Assembly (NCBI GenBank): GCA_039584685.1
Contig: JBDGXI010000011.1
Location: 1,950-65,949, forward strand
Source: Gemmatimonadota bacterium
GTDB lineage: Bacteria > Gemmatimonadota > Gemmatimonadetes > Palauibacterales > Palauibacteraceae
DNA length: 64,000 nt
Reading direction: 5' to 3'
A model generated the notes under the pieces. The model saw only the letters and a program-made list of their open reading frames with translations. It was not told where the DNA came from and searched no databases. Made by a program: the position numbers and the translations under genes. Below, in pieces: positions 1-8,293 of this stretch. Each line of letters starts with the position of its first letter. The stretch's first letter is position 1.

Positions 1-254
1 GCCGGAAGCCAGCCCCAGATGACGGCGATCGCCGGTCCGACGATGGGGGCGGCTCCGGCGACCGAAGTGAAATGGTGTCCGAACAGCACGTGGCGGTTCG
101 TCGGCACGAAATCCACTCCGTCCTCGAACTCGTGCGCCGGTGTGACGAAGTCGGGATCGAGTCGGTAGATGCGGCGCGCTATGTAGCGGGAGTAGATCCG
201 GTACCCGGTGACGAACGCGGCACCGCCGATCACGAGAAGCACGATCGCGCTCAA
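1..254 (-). CDS. cstA: Carbon starvation protein CstA (peptide/pyruvate transporter), N-terminal fragment; the gene continues beyond the window start
   Basis: Minus-strand translation of 1-254 gives (TTG)SAIVLLVIGGAAFVTGYRIYSRYIARRIYRLDPDFVTPAHEFEDGVDFVPTNRHVLFGHHFTSVAGAAPIVGPAIAVIWGWLP, matching the CstA N-terminus (compare B. subtilis MNAVTIVIGSICILAIAYRLYG...[30 protein letters not shown]). TTG at 252-254 overlaps the arsA-like TGA stop (TTGA). The frame is open to position 1. Not in the ORF track because no stop lies inside the window. Confidence 0.7.
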   Translation of the reverse strand, partial: MSAIVLLVIGGAAFVTGYRIYSRYIARRIYRLDPDFVTPAHEFEDGVDFVPTNRHVLFGHHFTSVAGAAPIVGPAIAVIWGWLP

Positions 255-1207
255 TCCCAGTCCTCCGTCCGGTTCGGTCTCATCAGACCCAGCAGACGCC
301 CAAGCTCATCCGGGCCCACCGGATCTCGTTCGAGCAGCGGCAAGTAGCCAATGGAGCAGTCTCCGAACCGGGCCTCGATGTCGGCGAGTTGAGCTGCTTC
401 TCGTTGCTTGCGGCGAAGAAGGAACGGATCCGTCGTGGAGCTCGGCAGCAGCTGGTTTACGATCACTCCCCCCACGGGGATCCCCCGGCCCGAGATAGCC
501 GTGATTACTCGATGGGTCTCGAGCACGGGAAGCCTCTCAGCCAACACCACGAAAAAGAACGAGGTGCGTCCCGGGTCCCTGAGCACTGTCCGGGTCCGCT
601 CGAATCTGGCCCGCCGCTCCTCGAGCGCCTCGAGGACGGCATCTCTTCCCCGCAAGTTCGAGCCTGCCGCCGCGCCTGCTGCGTTCCTCCACATCCGACC
701 GAGCGTCCGCACCTTCCTGCGCTGCGCGATCAGGCTCTCCATCCAGGCCGTCATGAGCTCAGGAAGTGAAAGGAGACGAAGCGTATGCCCGGAGGGAGCG
801 GTATCGAAGATGATGCGCGGAAACAGATCTTCCTCGATGATGCGTGTGAAGCGGTCGAACAGGGCGGCCTCCTCCGCCCCGGGCGACGCCCGAGCCACAT
901 CGAGTTGCCGTTCCACTTCGGCTGCCAGACGGGGTGACGTCGCGTCCGCAATCCGCTCCTTCACCCCGGCCATGTAGCACTCGGCCTCCACGGAAGGATC
1001 GAGTTCCATCGCCCACAGATTCGTCGCGACCTCAGTCGCTTCAGGGCCCAGTCTCGCGCCGAGGACATCGCTCGTGGAGTGAGCCGGGTCCGTGGAAACG
1101 AGCAGCGTGCTGGTACCTTCCCTCGCCGACTCGAGCGCCACCGCGGCGGCCAGCGTGGTCTTCCCCACTCCTCCCTTGCCCCCGAAGAACACGAGGGGCC
1201 GACGCAT
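251..1207 (-). CDS. ArsA/Get3-family anion-transporting ATPase, single-domain form of about 318 aa
   Basis: P-loop FFGGKGGVGKTT and the ArsA/Get3 signature DTAPSGHTLRLLSLPE. The ORF track starts at GTG 1228; ATG at 1207 (MRRPLVFFGGKGG) is preceded by GAGGGAAG and is the likelier start. One nucleotide-binding domain only, unlike the roughly 580-aa two-domain bacterial ArsA. Confidence 0.8.
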   Translation of the reverse strand: MRRPLVFFGGKGGVGKTTLAAAVALESAREGTSTLLVSTDPAHSTSDVLGARLGPEATEVATNLWAMELDPSVEAECYMAGVKERIADATSPRLAAEVERQLDVARASPGAEEAALFDRFTRIIEEDLFPRIIFDTAPSGHTLRLLSLPELMTAWMESLIAQRRKVRTLGRMWRNAAGAAAGSNLRGRDAVLEALEERRARFERTRTVLRDPGRTSFFFVVLAERLPVLETHRVITAISGRGIPVGGVIVNQLLPSSTTDPFLLRRKQREAAQLADIEARFGDCSIGYLPLLERDPVGPDELGRLLGLMRPNRTEDWD

Positions 1208-1244
1208 CGCTTCCCTCAGAGACTCCACGAACGGCCTGACGGAG

Positions 1245-1544
1245 TCAGCAGCATCGGAAGCCCCCCGCGGGCGGCTCTGGCATGCCCATGCGCAGATGCC
1301 ACTCGTGGAAGCCGTCGAGCACCTCAGGAAGCAGTTCCAGGGTGTAGAACTGGAGTGGGTTCGGCACGCCGAGAAGGTCCGAGAATCCGAGAAGGAAGAA
1401 GAGGTCTCTCTGCCGCAGGTACTCCCGGTGGATGGTCGTCCGGTAGGGGACCAAGTACACTCCCTCGTAGATGTCCCTGGCCCATCGAAGGCGCCGCAGA
1501 AGCTCTGACCGCAAGCCGGGTCCGCCGCTCACTTCAGATCGCAT
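1245..1544 (-). CDS. Hypothetical small protein of about 95-99 aa with a C-terminal Cys-Cys; no recognised family
   Basis: C-terminal third of ORF 1245..1904. GC3 is about 85% on this strand versus about 71% for the competing plus-strand ORF 1092..1508. In-frame GTG at 1530-1532 overlaps the anti-sigma TGA stop (GTGA), and an ATG lies at 1542-1544. Sequence ...RWARDIYEGVYLVPYRTTIHREYLRQRDLFFLLGFSDLLGVPNPLQFYTLELLPEVLDGFHEWHLRMGMPEPPAGGFRCC. Confidence 0.45.
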   Translation of the reverse strand: MRSEVSGGPGLRSELLRRLRWARDIYEGVYLVPYRTTIHREYLRQRDLFFLLGFSDLLGVPNPLQFYTLELLPEVLDGFHEWHLRMGMPEPPAGGFRCC

Positions 1545-2746
1545 GTGATAGAGGCCAGCCGCACCGTGCCGCGTACTTGCCCGGTCGAAACCGGAGCCGC
1601 CGCTGACAGGACCCGGCCCTCCCCTTCCCAGTCCCGTCCGTCTCGTTCCGCCCTGACCGTCAGCATGTCGCGCTCCGGGCCGGTGACCAGACGCACCCAG
1701 ACCGAGTCCGGCCCCGGGGAGACCCAGACCGCTTCGTGGAACTGACCTTTCACCCGCGCGGGGAGTCCGACCCTGTACGCCCGGCCTCCCGACCCCACCA
1801 CCGCAGCCTCGGTGGGCGTCAGCTCGATCGCGCCTGGCAGGTAGGCCAGTCCCGGTGACCACGAATACTCGAGTCGATAGCATCCCAAGGCCGTTCGGGC
1901 CCACGGCTCATAGGCATCCGGCGGTACGGCGTGCCACGGGTCCAGGGGCGCCTGGACGGACCTGGTCTCGAAGAACTTCTGCTCAGGAGGTGAGGACGGC
2001 GCGTCGACTCCCCCCTCGGGAGCTGCTACGTCCGCCTCCTGTCGCTCCGCCTGCGCGAGAGCACCCGTCCGACTGGGTGCCACTTCGGCGTCATCCGCCG
2101 GCTCCGCGACTTCCTCAAGGGCGCGCCGTCCACGCTCCTTCTCCTCGCCGGACACCGGGGCTTCCGCCTCGAGTCGGGATTCCGTCGTAACATCTTCTTT
2201 CTGGAGCGCCTCATTCGCCTCCTCAGGCGCGTCCACTCGCCCCACTTCTTCCCCAAGCCCCGAGATGTCGTCAATGTCGCGCGCGAATCCGTCCGCCGGG
2301 GCCCGCTCGGCCTCCGGGTCGGCTACCCGACTGACCACCGGCGCAGGTCCCTCGTTGAACGGGTCCGTCCACCCCTTCTCGACCAGGACCGCTCGCCCCA
2401 GCCACCCAGCTCCCACCGCCAGCATGATGCTCGCCGCCCATCCGAGGCGCTGCACGCTCAGCCACCCCGCGCGCAGTCGGCCCGGCTGGACGCCGGATGC
2501 TCCGGGGGGGGCACCCTCTTGCAGTGATCTCAGTCGGATCTCCTCGAGCGCCGGTCCGGCTCCCGCGGGAAGCGCGGAGGCGAGAATAGTGTCCGCCTCG
2601 GATCGCAGCCTTCGAGCGTCCTCGAGCTGGGCGGCACAATCTGGGCACGACTCCAGGTGCACCCGTATCGCCCGCAATTCCTCGGAATCTTCGGGAATCG
2701 CTCCATCCAGCCAGGCGTGCAGGTCGCCTTCAGAGATATGTGGCAT
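1529..2746 (-). CDS. Anti-sigma factor with an N-terminal zf-HC2 domain, one TM helix and a roughly 270-aa extracytoplasmic domain
   Basis: MPHISEGDLHAWLDG...HLESCPDCAAQLEDA carries the HxxxCxxC zinc motif of ECF anti-sigma factors. TM segment WLSVQRLGWAASIMLAVGAGWLG. Start ATG at 2746 overlaps the 3' end of the upstream ECF sigma gene by 17 nt. The ORF track's longer form (to 2827) adds an Arg-rich artefact. Confidence 0.7.
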   Translation of the reverse strand: MPHISEGDLHAWLDGAIPEDSEELRAIRVHLESCPDCAAQLEDARRLRSEADTILASALPAGAGPALEEIRLRSLQEGAPPGASGVQPGRLRAGWLSVQRLGWAASIMLAVGAGWLGRAVLVEKGWTDPFNEGPAPVVSRVADPEAERAPADGFARDIDDISGLGEEVGRVDAPEEANEALQKEDVTTESRLEAEAPVSGEEKERGRRALEEVAEPADDAEVAPSRTGALAQAERQEADVAAPEGGVDAPSSPPEQKFFETRSVQAPLDPWHAVPPDAYEPWARTALGCYRLEYSWSPGLAYLPGAIELTPTEAAVVGSGGRAYRVGLPARVKGQFHEAVWVSPGPDSVWVRLVTGPERDMLTVRAERDGRDWEGEGRVLSAAAPVSTGQVRGTVRLASITCDLK

Positions 2747-3257
2747 TCTGGTCCTCCCCCATCCCGTGCGCCTCGACCAGGCGCCGGCGGGCCCTGGAAA
2801 GGGTCGTGCCGATCGCGCCTCGGGCAAGGCCCGTCTGCTCGGAGATCTCGTCGTAGCTGAGACCGGCGTCCCACAGCAACAGGATCTCGCGATCCCTTTC
2901 GCTCAGCCGGTTCAGGGCATTCCTGACGGCTTCATGTCTCTCCGAACGCTCCAACTCTTCTCCTGTGTCCTCCTCCATCCGGTCGGCCTCTTCGGCCCGC
3001 AACAACGTGAGGTGCTTCCTCCGCCGGGCCGCCGTGCGCGCCTCGTCCCGAGCCAGGTTCCGAGCCACCGAGAAAAGCCAGGCGCGTGGTTGATCCGGCT
3101 CGTGCCGAAGCGCCCGCACGAATGCCTCCTGAGCCAGGTCGTGAGCGCGATCCTCCTCCCACACCAGCCGGTACAGGAAACGCACCAGGTCGGCATACGT
3201 GGCCTCGTATACGGCCGTCCAGTCCGTAGCCAAGCCGGATCCTCGTTCTCGGGACAT
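2730..3257 (-). CDS. ECF-type RNA polymerase sigma-70 factor
   Basis: Sigma-70 region 2 (DLVRFLYRLVWEEDRAHDLAQEAFVRAL...WLFSVARNLARDE) and region 4 (LSERDREILLLWDAGLSYDEISEQTGLARGAIGTTLSRARRRL). 175 aa. GGAG precedes the ATG. Confidence 0.85.
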   Translation of the reverse strand: MSRERGSGLATDWTAVYEATYADLVRFLYRLVWEEDRAHDLAQEAFVRALRHEPDQPRAWLFSVARNLARDEARTAARRRKHLTLLRAEEADRMEEDTGEELERSERHEAVRNALNRLSERDREILLLWDAGLSYDEISEQTGLARGAIGTTLSRARRRLVEAHGMGEDQNATYL

Positions 3258-3406
3258 TCTTCTCCGCCCCTAGAACATACGTCCCGGGAAGCGCCTCGGC
3301 CCGGACCTGGCAAGCGGTCTCTGACATGGATGACGAACGGACCTGCGAGACTTGCACATCTGGTCCGACGGAGCTTTTGGCGACGCGCCACGAGCGAGCG
3401 ACGACA

Positions 3407-3952
3407 TCAGGGGAGGTACCCCGCCGGAATCGGTTCCGACTCGGTCTCGCCCTGCCAGTAGATGTTGACGATCCACCACCGCTGGCCATCGAACAGGAGC
3501 TGAAAGCTGTTGATCCCGCGAGTGAAAGGCTCACCTCCAGCTTCCCTGCGCGACTCGTATGTGCTGAAAGCGTGCGCGATGTGGCCGTATCTCTCCTCGA
3601 CCCGGTGAATCTCGACCTCGAAGAAGGCGTTCTCGGCAAACCAGCCCCTTGCCCCCTCGATCCAATCCTCGACGGTCATGAAGCGAAGGCCGTATCCGCC
3701 TTCCGGATTGGGAATCGACGGTATGAGGTGAGCCCCCGGCGGAAACAGCGAGCGCATGCGATCCCAGTCCCGCTCAGCCCCCGCGGGGCCCGAAATTACA
3801 TCGTACACCGCTCCGATGATGGCGTCGACGGACTCGACATCGGCGGGGTCTGCCGCCGCGCTGTCTTCCTGGGCTGGAAGGTCGCCCGCGAATGCGAGCA
3901 GAAGAGCCGGTACGAGAGGAGTACGAAGGAGAGCCCGCAACTCGATTCTCAT
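3407..3952 (-). CDS. Secreted hypothetical protein (signal peptide; possible NTF2/SnoaL-like fold)
   Basis: N-terminal MRIELRALLRTPLVPALLLAFAGDLPAQ signal peptide. Compositionally normal protein. ATG overlaps the rdgB stop (ATGA). Confidence 0.5.
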   Translation of the reverse strand: MRIELRALLRTPLVPALLLAFAGDLPAQEDSAAADPADVESVDAIIGAVYDVISGPAGAERDWDRMRSLFPPGAHLIPSIPNPEGGYGLRFMTVEDWIEGARGWFAENAFFEVEIHRVEERYGHIAHAFSTYESRREAGGEPFTRGINSFQLLFDGQRWWIVNIYWQGETESEPIPAGYLP

Positions 3953-4590
3953 GGTGTGTCCTCACGGGTTGCAACCGGTTCGAGCCAGCGACGGAAGGAA
4001 CGGACCGCTTCCGCCCGGTGGCTGATGGACGCCTTTACCTCCGCAGGCAGTTCCCCGAACGTCTTGCCGTACGACGGCAGGAGGAACAGTGGATCGTAGC
4101 CGAAACCACCGGTGCCTCTATGTTCCCGCGTGATCTGACCGTCGACCCTGCCGCTCACGACGAGCGTCCGCTCGGCCTCCACGCACGCGAGGGCGCACCG
4201 ATAGTGCGCCCCTCTTTCGCTGTCGTCCGACTCGCCGAGCTCCAGGAGCAGGCATTCGTTGTTTGCCATGTCCTGATCGCCGCGTCCCATCCCGAGGTCG
4301 GCTGCGAAACGCCGAGACCTCACGCCGGGTCCGCCCCGCAGGGCATCGACGCACAAGCCGGAATCGTCGGCCAGGACGGCCATTCCGGTGTGACGGCGAT
4401 AGAAGCGAGCCTTCGCGAGAGCGTTCTGCTCGAACGTCGGGAAGCTCTCCACCTCGTCCTCGCCCGGGAGGACTCCGATTCCCAGATCGACCAGAGATCT
4501 CAGCTCGATCGGCAGTCCGGACAGGAGATCCGAGATCTCGTGAAGCTTGTGGTGGTTCCGGGTGGCGAGGAGGAGCTGCCGCGAAGTCAC
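3949..4590 (-). CDS. rdgB: Non-canonical purine NTP pyrophosphatase RdgB (Ham1 family, dITP/XTP pyrophosphatase)
   Basis: LLLATRNHHKLHEI ... FGYDPLFLLPSYGKTFGE ... KASISHRAEA are the Ham1 motifs. 213 aa. Confidence 0.85.
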   Translation of the reverse strand: MTSRQLLLATRNHHKLHEISDLLSGLPIELRSLVDLGIGVLPGEDEVESFPTFEQNALAKARFYRRHTGMAVLADDSGLCVDALRGGPGVRSRRFAADLGMGRGDQDMANNECLLLELGESDDSERGAHYRCALACVEAERTLVVSGRVDGQITREHRGTGGFGYDPLFLLPSYGKTFGELPAEVKASISHRAEAVRSFRRWLEPVATREDTP

Positions 4591-4601
4591 TCTGCTATCT
4601 T

Positions 4602-5633
4602 CTAGTCGCTCGACCCCGAGCCGACGGCGGTCACCGCGGGGCCGTGTACCGGAGCGATCGCCGGGGTACGGCCGGCATGGCCGTCCAGCGTCAGAAACAG
4701 GAGAAGAACCGGCAGATACAGCAGCGAAACGCGGAACAAGCTGCGGGCGGTCGGAGAGTCAGCCTGAACCGCGAATCGAAGCGCACTCGCCACGTATGCT
4801 CCGGTCAACAGCAGGGCAACCAGGGCGTAGACCGCTCCGGTCAGGCCCAGCAGCACGGGTAGCAGGCTAGTCGGAAGAAGGGCGACGGCGTACAAGACCG
4901 ATTGGTGCCGAGTCTGTCGGCCGTCGGGATCGGAGACGCCCAGCATCTTCAGTCCGCCACGCCGGTAGTCGTCCCGATACATCCAGGCCAGGGCCAGGAA
5001 ATGCGGCAGCTGCCAGAAGAAGAGGATTCCGAACAGCGCCCATGCCCCCGGGTCCAGAGATCCCGTGGCCGCCGTCCATCCACCCAGGATCGGCAGGGCT
5101 CCCGGAATGGCGCCGACGAGTGTGGACAATGACGAAACCTGCTTGAGCGGCGTGTACACCAGGATGTAGGTGAGCAGCGCCGCTAGAGCCAGCAGTGCCG
5201 TCAGCATGTTCACGAATGCGGCGAGAAAGAGCAGGCCGAGGACCGAGACCCCGACGGAGAACAGGGCCGCTACTCTCGGCGATACCCTGCCGGTGGGAAG
5301 GGGGCGGCCGCGCGTACGCTCCATCCTGGCGTCGATATCGCGCTCCAGGACCTGATTGAGCGCGCTGGTACCGCCGGCCACCAATCCAATGCCCACCGAA
5401 GCCGCCACGAGTCCCCACGCGTCCACGTCACTGCCGGACCCGAGGATGAACCCGGCCCCGGCCGAGATCAGCACCATGAGGGTGATGCGTGGCTTCGTCA
5501 GGGAGAACAGGTCACCCGGACGGTTCCTCCGTGGCTCGCTGCCGGTATCCCGATCTCGAGCTTCCCGTCGTATGCCGTGTCCGCTCACTCTCCTCCTCTG
5601 ATCGCTGCACTCCCTCCGCCGACCCGCCGGCAC
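4602..5633 (-). CDS. ctaB: Protoheme IX farnesyltransferase (heme O synthase, CtaB/CyoE); the 5' end is probably overextended
   Basis: LTKPRITLMVLISAGAGF, the UbiA-family pattern, and 8-9 TM segments. The first roughly 35 residues of the ORF are Arg-rich. The ORF starts at GTG; the true start is uncertain. Confidence 0.8.
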   Translation of the reverse strand: MPAGRRRECSDQRRRVSGHGIRREARDRDTGSEPRRNRPGDLFSLTKPRITLMVLISAGAGFILGSGSDVDAWGLVAASVGIGLVAGGTSALNQVLERDIDARMERTRGRPLPTGRVSPRVAALFSVGVSVLGLLFLAAFVNMLTALLALAALLTYILVYTPLKQVSSLSTLVGAIPGALPILGGWTAATGSLDPGAWALFGILFFWQLPHFLALAWMYRDDYRRGGLKMLGVSDPDGRQTRHQSVLYAVALLPTSLLPVLLGLTGAVYALVALLLTGAYVASALRFAVQADSPTARSLFRVSLLYLPVLLLFLTLDGHAGRTPAIAPVHGPAVTAVGSGSSD

Positions 5634-5692
5634 TCTTCCCGGCCCGAAGCTTACGTACCTACTCGGATTGGCCGGGCTGTGGCAATGGCACC

Positions 5693-6181
5693 TCAGAAAT
5701 CGGCTTCACTCCCGGACCTGATCCGGCGGACGAGGCCGGAACTGGAGAGACCGGGCGCGAGATCGACGAAAACCACATCCCCGCCGGCGCTGCGCACCGC
5801 CTCCGCGCCCGCTATCTGTCTGTCAGCGTAGTCCGCGCCTTTGACCAGGATGTCAGGCAGGAGCTGGCCGATCAACTCCTCCGGAGTGTCCTCGTCGAAC
5901 ACCGTCACCACGTCGACGAACCTGATGGATGCGAGTATACCTGCCCGGTCGGTCTCTGATTGGAACGGCCGCGGCGCTCCCTTCAGCCGACGTGCAGAAG
6001 CGTCCGAATTCACGGCCACTACGAGGCGGTCCCCCAGCGACCGGGCCGTCTCGAGGGACGCCACGTGTCCACGGTGGAGGAGATCGAAGACCCCGTTGGT
6101 GAAGACGAGCCGGTAATCACGAGGCCGGCCGTACTCGAGCAGCAGCCGATCCCGATCCACGATGGGAGCCCCCAGGGGCAT
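5693..6181 (-). CDS. D-glycero-beta-D-manno-heptose 1-phosphate adenylyltransferase (HldE/RfaE domain II as a stand-alone protein)
   Basis: FTNGVFDLLHRGHV (HxGH cytidylyltransferase motif) ... VAVNSDASARRLKG ... VKGADY. ATG at 6181 (MPLGAPIVDRDR). The ORF track's upstream 83 aa are Ser/Arg-rich artefact. Confidence 0.75.
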   Translation of the reverse strand: MPLGAPIVDRDRLLLEYGRPRDYRLVFTNGVFDLLHRGHVASLETARSLGDRLVVAVNSDASARRLKGAPRPFQSETDRAGILASIRFVDVVTVFDEDTPEELIGQLLPDILVKGADYADRQIAGAEAVRSAGGDVVFVDLAPGLSSSGLVRRIRSGSEADF

Positions 6182-6215
6182 CCCGTTCGAGGCTGCTGCG
6201 CGGGGCCCGGCCGAC

Positions 6216-7706
6216 TCAGAAATGCGTGTCCTCCAGCTCACTGATGGACGGAGCCGCCGGTTGCGGCTGGGACGCGAACAGAATCTTGAGCACCGGCGGC
6301 ACGATGAAGGTAGAGAGGATGACCATGATGAGGATGGCGCTGTACACCTCCCCCGACAGGATCCCCGAGGCGAGGCCGATGGCGGCGAAAATGAGCCCGA
6401 CCTCTCCTCTCGGAACCATCCCGACCCCAACCACCAGCTTGCTCACTCCGGGTCGCCGAACCGCGAGACCTGATACCAGCTTCCCGACGATGGCGATCGC
6501 CGTGAGGATGAGTCCCACCAGGAGGACCGCCAGATCGAAATCCTCCGAGCCCGGAATGAAGAGGCGCACGTTGACCGGCGCGCCCACGGCGACGAAGAAG
6601 ATCGGCGTGAAGACGTCGGCCACGGGCTCGATCTTCTCGACCACCGAGTCGAATTGATTCGTCGAGGACAGCACCAGGCCCGCCGCGAAGGCGCCGATGA
6701 TCATGGCGGAGCCCGCCCAGTCGGCCAGGGCCGCGATGCCGAGAGCGAAGCAGAAGGCCGTCACGAGAAGCACTCCCCGAACCCTCATCCGGTCTACGGC
6801 ATCGAACAACACGGGCGCGAAACGATTGCCTATCAATACGGCGAGCACCAGGAATCCGACCGCGAACACGAAGATCTTGCTGATAGCGAAGGCACCGACC
6901 GCCGCACCGGAGGCGAGCCCGGCCACGACCGCCAGGATGACGATCCCCAGAACGTCGTCGATCACCGCAGCACCGATGATGATCCGGGCTTCCTGGGTGT
7001 GCATACGCTCGAGATCCGACAGCACACGCGCGGTGATTCCGACCGACGTAGCCGTGAGCGTCGCGCCTACGAACACGCAGACGATCGCGAAGCTGATTCC
7101 CTCCGGAGTCACTCCTATCGAGGGGTTGGCCAGGTACCAGTAGAGAAAGCCGAGACCGAAGGGGAACACGACGCCGATCAGCGCGACGGCGGAGGCCGTC
7201 CTCCCAACGCTGAACATCTCCTTGAGATCCGTCTCAAGGCCGATTTCGAACAGGAGTATGGAAACGCCGATCTCCGCGAACACGTGAATGATATCGTACA
7301 TCTCGGTGCCAGGATCGGGGATGACCCCGAGAACGCTGCTCCCGAGAATGACGCCTGCCACGAGTTCGCCCAGAACGGCCGGCTGTCCCCGGCGCTCGAC
7401 CAGCTCACCGAGGAACTTGGCTGACAGGAGGATGACGATGAGGACGAAGAAGACGTCCCTGATACGCACTCCGTGCCCGTCAGCCTCACTCTCGGTCGCG
7501 CTGTCCGCATGAGCCTGCTGCTCGCCGGACTCGTGCCCGGCCGCGTCCTGTCTCGGGCCGGCGTCCGTCCAGTCGCCCGTGGCACCGTAGGCCGATGGCA
7601 CGGCACTCGCGAGGCCCGGCGTCTCATGTGACTCGCCGGCAACCGAGCCCGGGCGATAGTCGCTCCCGGGTCCCCCGAGGAGGAACCAGAAGCCCACCCC
7701 CAGCAT
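6216..7706 (-). CDS. Cation:proton antiporter (CPA2 / Kef-NapA-type Na+/H+ exchanger) with an N-terminal Asp/Glu/His-rich extension
   Basis: 12-13 TM helices and a typical CPA2 core (ELVAGVILGSSVLG ... FFVAVGAPV). The likely start is M18 (MLGVGFWFLLGG), followed by a roughly 70-aa acidic and His-rich segment before TM1. Confidence 0.75.
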   Translation of the reverse strand: MLGVGFWFLLGGPGSDYRPGSVAGESHETPGLASAVPSAYGATGDWTDAGPRQDAAGHESGEQQAHADSATESEADGHGVRIRDVFFVLIVILLSAKFLGELVERRGQPAVLGELVAGVILGSSVLGVIPDPGTEMYDIIHVFAEIGVSILLFEIGLETDLKEMFSVGRTASAVALIGVVFPFGLGFLYWYLANPSIGVTPEGISFAIVCVFVGATLTATSVGITARVLSDLERMHTQEARIIIGAAVIDDVLGIVILAVVAGLASGAAVGAFAISKIFVFAVGFLVLAVLIGNRFAPVLFDAVDRMRVRGVLLVTAFCFALGIAALADWAGSAMIIGAFAAGLVLSSTNQFDSVVEKIEPVADVFTPIFFVAVGAPVNVRLFIPGSEDFDLAVLLVGLILTAIAIVGKLVSGLAVRRPGVSKLVVGVGMVPRGEVGLIFAAIGLASGILSGEVYSAILIMVILSTFIVPPVLKILFASQPQPAAPSISELEDTHF

Positions 7707-7750
7707 CGCCAGGCGGCGCAGGCGTTTACCTCGAGAAACCGGCGCGCGCC

Positions 7751-8293
7751 TCACCATTGCGACTGGGCTCCGTCCACAATCTTCTGCACCAGGTTATCCA
7801 GGGCGACGTCCTGTCCACTCGCCTCGCCCCCGGGATCAGCAGGGCTGTACTCGCCCTGCCCGCTCACTCCCGCACCATTCCAGATGATCTCGTTCTTCGA
7901 CCGGTCGATGATCTGAATCTGTGCCGTGATCGACACCCTGCGCTGGAACACCGCGGCTCCAACGTCCTCTACGCCCTGGAAATTCATGGCCACGTCGTTG
8001 TACCTGGAAAGCTCGGCTACGATCGTCGCGTCCGCCTCCGCCTCGGCCGCGAGCTGCGCGCCAAGCTTGCGCCGGACGGCCTCGAGCAGCTTCTCGGTAA
8101 AGGTTTGAGTCAGCCCGAACTGCGTCGTCCTGTTCTCGACCGGAGGCACATACACGGTCTCGATGTGGGCGGGCAACCCTCCGCCCCCGGCAAACGTGTA
8201 GTTGCAGCCGACTGCACAGGTGACCGCCACCGCCGCCAGCAGCCTCAACCAGACCGGGGAGGGGTTACGGAACGGGTGGCAGGTCGTACGCAT
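7751..8293 (-). CDS. Putative lipoprotein, LptE-like (LPS assembly)
   Basis: MRTTCHPFRNPSPVWLRLLAAVAVTCAVGC has a signal peptide plus lipobox-like VGC. The approximately 150-aa mature part has an LptE-like alternating pattern. Start is ambiguous (8293, 8359 or 8383). Confidence 0.4.
   Translation of the reverse strand: MRTTCHPFRNPSPVWLRLLAAVAVTCAVGCNYTFAGGGGLPAHIETVYVPPVENRTTQFGLTQTFTEKLLEAVRRKLGAQLAAEAEADATIVAELSRYNDVAMNFQGVEDVGAAVFQRRVSITAQIQIIDRSKNEIIWNGAGVSGQGEYSPADPGGEASGQDVALDNLVQKIVDGAQSQW

Noticed and set aside
1092-1508. Plus-strand ORF overlapping the arsA-like 5' end and the small minus-strand ORF
   Set aside because: GC3 is about 71% versus about 85% for the minus-strand frame. 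It would overlap arsA by more than 100 nt. The minus-strand ORF has a GTGA coupling to the anti-sigma gene.
2265-3461. Large plus-strand ORF (398 aa), like 3326..4099, 7595..8323, 8202..9404, 12218..13492, 15004..16185, 17916..18887, 18696..19892, 22806..23621, 29552..30496, 31886..33199, 37005..38105, 40608..42047, 43570..44805 and 52404..53516
   Set aside because: All lie antisense to, or frame-shifted over, genes with clear homology. They are Arg/Pro/Gly/Ser-rich, the expected artefact of about 70% GC (few stop codons), and have no recognisable domains.
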